From Terriglobia bacterium (GTDB lineage: Bacteria; Acidobacteriota; Terriglobia; Bryobacterales; Bryobacteraceae): a DNA stretch of 64,000 nt. Shown here piece by piece: positions 59,086-64,000 of this stretch; positions within the stretch are counted from its first letter, which is position 1, and each line of letters begins with the position of its first letter. The stretch is taken from the NCBI GenBank assembly GCA_963840735.1, contig CAWIZX010000015.1, positions 31,537-95,536 on the forward strand. Direction: 5' to 3'. Position numbers and translations under genes: made by a program. A model generated the notes under the pieces. It ran no database searches and was not told where the DNA came from. It worked only from the letters and a program-made list of their open reading frames with translations.

Positions 59086-59181
59086 CAGATCTTCTGTGGC
59101 GCAGCCGGTTATGTGGCGTCGCCGAGTCTTAACCCGGAACTGCGGTCATCTCGTTATCGCGACGCCACATAATCTGTGGTT
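59086..59181. repeat. RIT left terminal inverted repeat (IR-L)
   Basis: CAGATCTTCTGTGGCGCAGCCGGTTATGTGGCG at 59086 matches the reverse complement of 63655..63623 (CAGCTCTTCTGTGGCGGAGTTGGTTATGTGGCG) at about 29 of 33 positions by eye. The inner inverted motif CGCCACATAAT is at 59163. Confidence 0.8.
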
Positions 59182-59254
59182 CAGAGATTCCGCAAAAACT
59201 TCAGTAGGGCGATGTCATCCCGCCAGTGCTTCGGTGGGCTTTCGAGCGCCGACT

Positions 59255-60190
59255 TCACAGGTTGCGAGCGCTTTGGCCTTCATCTCCATGATCGACCTCG
59301 GCATAGACATTCGTCGTGTTGAGCGAAACATGCCCCAGCCAGGCGCGAATGGTGTTGATATCGACACCGGCCCGAAGAAGGTGCGTTGCGGTCGTATGAC
59401 GAATCGTGTGAGGGCTTACGCGCTTCCTTTTCAGCAGCGGCATCTGATGAGATATCCGCTCAACGTACCGCTCAACCATCGTGTGAATGCCGAAGCGGGT
59501 GATTGGTCTGGCACTGCGGTTCAGGAACACGTGTTCGTCCTGTTTACGTCCCGCGATAAGCGGTACAAGTTCTGCCACGGTTTGCGGCCAGAGCGGGCAG
59601 CGGCGCAGCTTGTTACCCTTTCCGCGGACTTGAATGAGGGAGTGATCCCTGGGCGTATTGGCCAGCGCCAGATCACAGACCCTGGCCTGCGCCGCCTCGT
59701 CGGCGCGCGCGCCAGTGTTATAGAGGAACAGCAAGAGGGCGTGATCGCGTCGGCCCTGATCGGTGGATCTGTCGGGCGCGTCAAGAAGGCCGTCCATCTC
59801 CGACTTCTCCAGATATGTGATGGAAGACCTCGGCGCACGCTTCGAAGGAATGGCGCGGAGCTGCCCGCACCAGACGATATGTTCCGGACTGTGCAATCCG
59901 ATGAAGTGAGCCAGCGAGTGAACCGCAGCCAGCCGCTGATTGCGAGTTGCAACGCCGCATTTGCGACTGTCCTCAAGATCCTGCAGGAAAAGCCGGACAA
60001 CGTCCGCCGAGACATCGGTCACATCAAGCTGGTCAATCGCCTTGCGGGAATGGAGCGAGACGAAAGAAACAAGCAGGCAGAGCGTATCCCGGTAACTGTG
60101 TTGTGTGTTTCGGGCCAGATTGCGCTCAGTGACCAGATACTCCAGCAGGAAGCGGCGGACCCAGGGTCCAAGAACGGCTGGGTCAGTCAT
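59255..60190 (-). CDS. ritC: Tyrosine recombinase RitC
   Basis: C-terminal catalytic block PHTIRHTTATHLLRAGVDINTIRAWLGHVSLNTTNVYAEVD. The ATG overlaps the ritB stop by 8 nt (ATGACTGA). Confidence 0.85.
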   Translation of the reverse strand: MTDPAVLGPWVRRFLLEYLVTERNLARNTQHSYRDTLCLLVSFVSLHSRKAIDQLDVTDVSADVVRLFLQDLEDSRKCGVATRNQRLAAVHSLAHFIGLHSPEHIVWCGQLRAIPSKRAPRSSITYLEKSEMDGLLDAPDRSTDQGRRDHALLLFLYNTGARADEAAQARVCDLALANTPRDHSLIQVRGKGNKLRRCPLWPQTVAELVPLIAGRKQDEHVFLNRSARPITRFGIHTMVERYVERISHQMPLLKRKRVSPHTIRHTTATHLLRAGVDINTIRAWLGHVSLNTTNVYAEVDHGDEGQSARNL

Positions 60191-61130
60191 GGCCACCTTC
60201 GGGAGTGGCATACAGTTCGAAACGAAGACTGGCTTCGCGCAGCAACTCCGGGGTCATGGTGAGGTACACCTGAGTCGCGGCCAAATACGTGTGGCCCATG
60301 TAAACGGATAACTGGGGCAGCAGTTTCTGAACGTTCTTGCCCTCGCGGTACCACGACGTCAGCCGGTGGACTGCGGACGTGTGGCGCAGATCATGAAGGC
60401 GAGGCTGACAGCGCGAACCACCCTCGCGGCGCAGTCCGGCGTGCTCCCGCAGTTGCTGGAAGGCTCCCTCCAGGGTATGTATGTTTATGCGTTTGCCGTT
60501 CCTTCCGGTAAAGAAAGGCGATCCCTGTTCCTGCGGATGGCCGCAGGCTTTGCGCAGACCTGCGTAACCGGCGAGGGCTTGCGCCGTATCAGGTCCGACC
60601 GGCACGAGTCGGCTCTTGAAGAACTTCGAGTCGCGGACCGTCAGGACGGCGGACGCAAGATCGACGTCCGCGATTGTCAGGGAAAGAACCTCCGACGTGC
60701 GCAGCGCCGCACCGTACATGAGGAGGAGAAGCGTTCGCACCATGAGTGGATCGAGACGGCCGCGAATGCGTTGATAGGATGCCGTGGAATCGAGCAGACG
60801 GACAAGTTCGGCGTGCGAGTAGATATAGGGTTGGAAAGCAGGCGGCCGTTTCGGTATGACCTTCGGCAGGGGAGAAGCGGCGGTAAAACCGCGGCTAAGG
60901 GCGTATTTATAGAAACCGCGCAGGGCGTTATGTTTGACGTGCCAACTAGCGGTCAGCGGGCCTGTTCCGGCAAGGAAGACATTCACTTTTTCCGGAGAGA
61001 CGTCCGCGAGAACGGCATCGTCTCCGATGGCCCGGCAAAACGCGTTGAGTATCTGAGCGTTGACCTTGAATCGTTCTCCGAGCGTCTTCCTGAAAGTTGC
61101 GTATTGTTCGACGGTGCTTCGAAGAGTCAC
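60183..61130 (-). CDS. ritB: Tyrosine recombinase RitB
   Basis: GAALRTSEVLSL (Arg I), HDLRHTSAVHRL...YMGHTYLAATQVYL. The GTG start overlaps the ritA stop (GTGA). The longer ORF-track start at 61757 lies inside ritA and was rejected. Confidence 0.85.
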   Translation of the reverse strand: MTLRSTVEQYATFRKTLGERFKVNAQILNAFCRAIGDDAVLADVSPEKVNVFLAGTGPLTASWHVKHNALRGFYKYALSRGFTAASPLPKVIPKRPPAFQPYIYSHAELVRLLDSTASYQRIRGRLDPLMVRTLLLLMYGAALRTSEVLSLTIADVDLASAVLTVRDSKFFKSRLVPVGPDTAQALAGYAGLRKACGHPQEQGSPFFTGRNGKRINIHTLEGAFQQLREHAGLRREGGSRCQPRLHDLRHTSAVHRLTSWYREGKNVQKLLPQLSVYMGHTYLAATQVYLTMTPELLREASLRFELYATPEGGHD

Positions 61131-62383
61131 AGCAATCCCCCAAGATCGAAGCTGGCCACTTCGCGTAGGTGAACGAGGTCCACCTTGGCATAGATCCGCG
61201 TCGTCTCCGGTCCGCGATGGCCCAGATGATCTCCGACCTCCTTTAATGACAGCCCTTCGTTGATCAGCCGGGTGGCACATGCGTGCCGCAGCGAGTGGGG
61301 GCCGTGGTGCTTTATCGTTGCTCCGATCTGTCTCAGCCGAAGGCCCACGACCGGCCAGAGCGTACCGCTCTTGATGGGGCGATACGGCGCGCGCATGGTC
61401 AGAAAGACCTCTCGACACGGCGAGGTCGGCCGCGCTTCCCTGAGGTATCGGACGATAGCCGCTCCGACGGGCTGGCAAAGTGGAAACGAATGGTTCCCGA
61501 GCAACTTGGACCGAGTGAAGCTGATCGTCTCTCTCTCCCAGTCGATGTGGTCGAGTTGCAAGCGGGCCACTTCTCCGGCACGGACTCCATACACGGCAAG
61601 CAGCATGAGGATCGCGTGATCGCGGATGGCTCGGGGCCGGTCTCCAGATGTGGAATCCAGCAGCTTTTGCACATCGCCCCAACTTGGAGCGGATGGAAGC
61701 GATTCCTGTTGGAAGACTCGCGGTGCCATGATGGCCGCCGCGATACCGGGAGCACACCAGCCGCGCGTTTCGGCATAGCGAAAAAACGAACGCAGTGACG
61801 AGGCGCAGGTTTGTACGGTGGCGCGAGCGTACTGCTGCTCGTTCACCTTGTTTGCGAGCACTGAGTCAACATCGGCCACTGTGATCGCGAGCAGCGGACG
61901 GTCGGCAACGCAAAGCTGATCGAGGAACTCCTCTACCGAAAAGCAACGCTGTTCAATGGTGGACAGAGCAAGGCCGCGCTCCTTTCGCATGAAGTCCGCA
62001 AACTCCACCATCATCTGGTCGTAGGCTTTCGCCGGCTTGGCCGGAACGGAAAGACGGTTGAGGAAAGTCAGCCACCCGACCGCAACATGTATGAACCGCT
62101 GACGCGACAGACGCGGCTGCAACATGGTCCTCCAGGGTAGTTCCCGGCTGGACCATCTTGTTCCTGCCTCTTCGATTTCCTGAAGTGTGATCGCTTCGTC
62201 GGGCCGTGCGGCTAATTTCAGGTACTCTGCGGCCGCCAACAGATGCTGGGCCATCGTACGCAAGGTGGCTTTGGCCATCTTTTGTCCCGCACAGTGCGCG
62301 AGGTACCGACGGCGTTCCTCTACAAGCGGCCCATTGCACATACGGATCAGCGCGTGCGGGCGCTCGAATAGTTGATCAAACAT
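61127..62383 (-). CDS. ritA: Tyrosine recombinase RitA
   Basis: 418 aa with GVRAGEVARLQL (Arg I) and HSLRHACATRLINEGLSLKEVGDHLGHRGPETTRIYAKVD. Confidence 0.85.
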   Translation of the reverse strand: MFDQLFERPHALIRMCNGPLVEERRRYLAHCAGQKMAKATLRTMAQHLLAAAEYLKLAARPDEAITLQEIEEAGTRWSSRELPWRTMLQPRLSRQRFIHVAVGWLTFLNRLSVPAKPAKAYDQMMVEFADFMRKERGLALSTIEQRCFSVEEFLDQLCVADRPLLAITVADVDSVLANKVNEQQYARATVQTCASSLRSFFRYAETRGWCAPGIAAAIMAPRVFQQESLPSAPSWGDVQKLLDSTSGDRPRAIRDHAILMLLAVYGVRAGEVARLQLDHIDWERETISFTRSKLLGNHSFPLCQPVGAAIVRYLREARPTSPCREVFLTMRAPYRPIKSGTLWPVVGLRLRQIGATIKHHGPHSLRHACATRLINEGLSLKEVGDHLGHRGPETTRIYAKVDLVHLREVASFDLGGLL

Positions 62384-62559
62384 GAATGAATCGGACTCCT
62401 TCTGTGATGAGAAATGTAAAAACTGTCCGACTATACTTGTGCTCGGGCACCGATTTCCGAGCCGGCGAAGATTGCCTTATTACGCAACGATGTGTTCCCA
62501 TAACCTTGGAGGAGGCCCCAGCGGGAGCGGGCTCACAGCCGAAAGGAACATCCGTCCCC

Positions 62560-63381
62560 ATGATGGTGTCTAATCCACCGATGCCGAGGTTTCGAACAGC
62601 GGTTGCATTCAGTCTTTTCCTTTGCGCCGGAGGGCAAGCCCAACAGCAATTCGAGGTCGCCTCCATAAAACTGAGCAACAGCAATGACCCGCGCACGTTG
62701 CTGCAGGTGCTGCCCGGTGGAGGACTTCGGGCGTCTGGCGCCACGTTGAAATTTTTTATGACTTTGGCTTATCAGGTACGCTCTTTTCAGATCCTGGGTG
62801 GCCCCACCTGGATCAGCGTTGATCGTTTTGATGTCATGGCGAACACGGACCGATCTGCTGTCTCACAGAATGATCCGCCCGACCCAACAAAGCTGACAGC
62901 GGCCCAGCTAGGCGGCATGCAGAATGAGATGCGCCCCCGACTTGTCGCGCTTTTGGCCGAGCGCTACAAACTTCAGGTCCATCGTGAAACAAGAGAACAG
63001 CCGGTTTTCGAGTTGGTCGTTGCAAAAGGTGGATCGAGACTTCAGAGCGCAGGCGGCAACTTCGGCGGGTTTCACATTTCAAAGAATCAGTTTGTTGGGG
63101 ACGCCGCGACGATCGAGATGTTGACCACTGCCCTGGCCAATCAAGTTGGTCGCCCTGTCCTCGATCACACCGGATTGGTCGGGACCTTCAATTTTAAGTT
63201 GAATTGGACTGCACCCGACACAGCACCGCCAGTTGAAGGAGATCTAGCGGCCACAGGCGACCAGAGCGGGCCTTCAATATTTACTGCTGTCCGAGAGCAA
63301 GTCGGTTTGGAGCTCAAATCAACAAAGGCTCCCGCGGAAGTGCTGATTATCGACCACGTGGAAAAGCCAAGCGAAAACTGA
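62560..63381 (+). CDS. TIGR03435 (DUF3738) soil-associated family protein, carried as cargo inside the RIT element
   Basis: Signal peptide (AVAFSLFLCAGGQAQ), then QQFEVASIKLSN...ATLKFFMTLAYQV...ILGGPTWI...VIDHVEKPSEN, the family's typical start and end. The start could also be at 62581. Confidence 0.8.
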   Translation: MMVSNPPMPRFRTAVAFSLFLCAGGQAQQQFEVASIKLSNSNDPRTLLQVLPGGGLRASGATLKFFMTLAYQVRSFQILGGPTWISVDRFDVMANTDRSAVSQNDPPDPTKLTAAQLGGMQNEMRPRLVALLAERYKLQVHRETREQPVFELVVAKGGSRLQSAGGNFGGFHISKNQFVGDAATIEMLTTALANQVGRPVLDHTGLVGTFNFKLNWTAPDTAPPVEGDLAATGDQSGPSIFTAVREQVGLELKSTKAPAEVLIIDHVEKPSEN

Positions 63382-63566
63382 CCTATTCGACCAGAAACAC
63401 TGAGAGGCGGTTCGGATCACCGTCACGCGGGTATGGTTTCCGAAGCAGTGTTGTGCTCGACCTCCGGCCCGTATCTGGGTCGAATTTGCGCTTATTGTCG
63501 ATGGAGTAGCTTTTTCACTTTTCCAGAGACAACGCATCTGCGGCTGCCTGATCGAAGCAGAACCGA

Positions 63567-63652
63567 TTATGTGGCATCGAGTCGAACTCCCGACCTCCAC
63601 CTTCAGGCTGCTGAATCACGAGCGCCACATAACCAACTCCGCCACAGAAGAG
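63567..63652. repeat. RIT right terminal inverted repeat (IR-R)
   Basis: Mirror image of IR-L: TTATGTGGCA (63567), CGCCACATAA (63623), CGCCACAGAA (63640). The 17-bp spacing between the two outer motifs matches the left end. Confidence 0.8.
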
Positions 63653-63925
63653 CTGAAAATTGGTGAGTTCCAGCCCGAACACATCGGCAAGATGCAGTTT
63701 TACCTGGCTGTCCTTGACGACACGGCACGCCTAAAAGCGGAAAACCCCTCCATCGGCATCCTCATCTGCAAGTCGAAGGATCGAACTATTGTCGAATATG
63801 CCTTGCGCGAATCTGCCAAGCCGATCGGAGTGGCAACGTACCGGATGGTCTCAGCTGTGCCGGAGGATATGACCAACGATTTGCCAAATCCCGACACATT
63901 GGCGCGATTGCTGGACGAGTCCTGA
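63650..63925 (+). pseudogene. DUF1016/YhcG nuclease gene, 3-prime part (resumes after the RIT insertion)
   Basis: ELKIGEFQPEHIGKMQFYLAVLDDTARLKAENPSIGILICKSKDRTIVEYAL. This is the E-x-K catalytic motif and the conserved C-terminus of DUF1016 proteins. Confidence 0.85.
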
Positions 63926-64000
63926 CACGAAAAAGCGAGTGGCTCGGCGCTTCGCTATGAGCCGGAACAATTGATCCCGCGAGCGCATTTGCGCGCAGCC

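Larger units (their letters stand above)
59063..63652 (-). mobile_element. Recombinase-in-trio (RIT) element of about 4.6 kb with a cargo gene. Boundaries are accurate to about 5 bp.
   Basis: Three overlapping same-strand tyrosine recombinase genes. They are flanked by imperfect inverted repeats of about 90 bp. The flanking DUF1016 reading frame (…YVVIE | LKIGEFQPEH…) is restored when 59065..63652 is removed. Confidence 0.85.

Noticed and set aside
59065-60262. Continuation of plus-strand ORF 58637..60262 beyond the DUF1016 sequence
   Set aside because: After ...YVVIE the translation (LCGRPHNRSSVAQPVMWRRR...) is read-through into the RIT inverted repeat and the antisense strand of ritC. It is not part of the nuclease.
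60183-61757. The 524-aa version of the ritB ORF
   Set aside because: The first 209 or so codons overlap ritA out of frame and are Arg/Pro-rich. A GTG that overlaps the ritA stop (GTGA) gives a normal-length recombinase.
62386-62559. Upstream extension of the TIGR03435 ORF (ORF-track start at 62386)
   Set aside because: The extension abuts the ritA start and has no signal peptide. The family-typical signal peptide and the QQFEVASIK start follow the Met codons at 62560 and 62581.
1-64000. CRISPR arrays, rRNA genes, IS-type transposases, toxin-antitoxin pairs or recognisable defence systems
   Set aside because: A scan of intergenic regions and short ORFs found no regularly spaced direct repeats. 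No DDE or serine transposases were seen. No signature defence domains were seen other than the disrupted DUF1016 nuclease.

Overview
GC-rich, almost fully coding bacterial chromosome segment. The gene content suggests Acidobacteriota (Solibacter/Bryobacter-like): a CarboxypepD_reg-type TonB-dependent receptor, a TIGR03435 soil-associated family protein, Tat-signal sugar-acid enzymes and large exopolysaccharide loci. This is inference only; no search was run.

Layout:
- 0-2.7 kb: glycosyltransferases.
- 2.7-16.5 kb: housekeeping genes (alr, tadA, GntR regulator, rpoN-hpf-rapZ, recJ) plus hydrolases.
- 17-22 kb: three polyprenyl-phosphate sugar transferases and a GT2.
- 22-25 kb: prmC, prfA and DUF1385.
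- 25-29 kb: 1314-aa TonB-dependent receptor.
- 29-33 kb: recQ and topB in tandem.
- 33-38 kb: sugar-acid and dehydrogenase genes.
- 38-58 kb: Wzx/Wzy-type polysaccharide locus. Its long minus-strand operon ends in a collagen-like protein and a roughly 1240-aa secreted LamG/PKD protein.
- 58.1 kb: a 45-nt 3-prime fragment of initiator tRNA-fMet.
- 58.4-63.9 kb: a decayed DUF1016/YhcG nuclease gene split by a roughly 4.6 kb recombinase-in-trio (RIT) element.

The RIT element is the most interesting object. It has three overlapping tyrosine recombinases, long terminal inverted repeats built from a repeated TTMTGTGGCG motif, and an unusual cargo gene (TIGR03435 family).

Caveat: by eye I count about two dozen reading-frame interruptions in 14 otherwise recognisable genes, including rpoN, alr, rapZ, recQ and topB. 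They are unevenly distributed. Uncorrected assembly indels are the likeliest cause, so exact CDS boundaries of those genes are approximate. No CRISPR array, rRNA or intact tRNA was seen.
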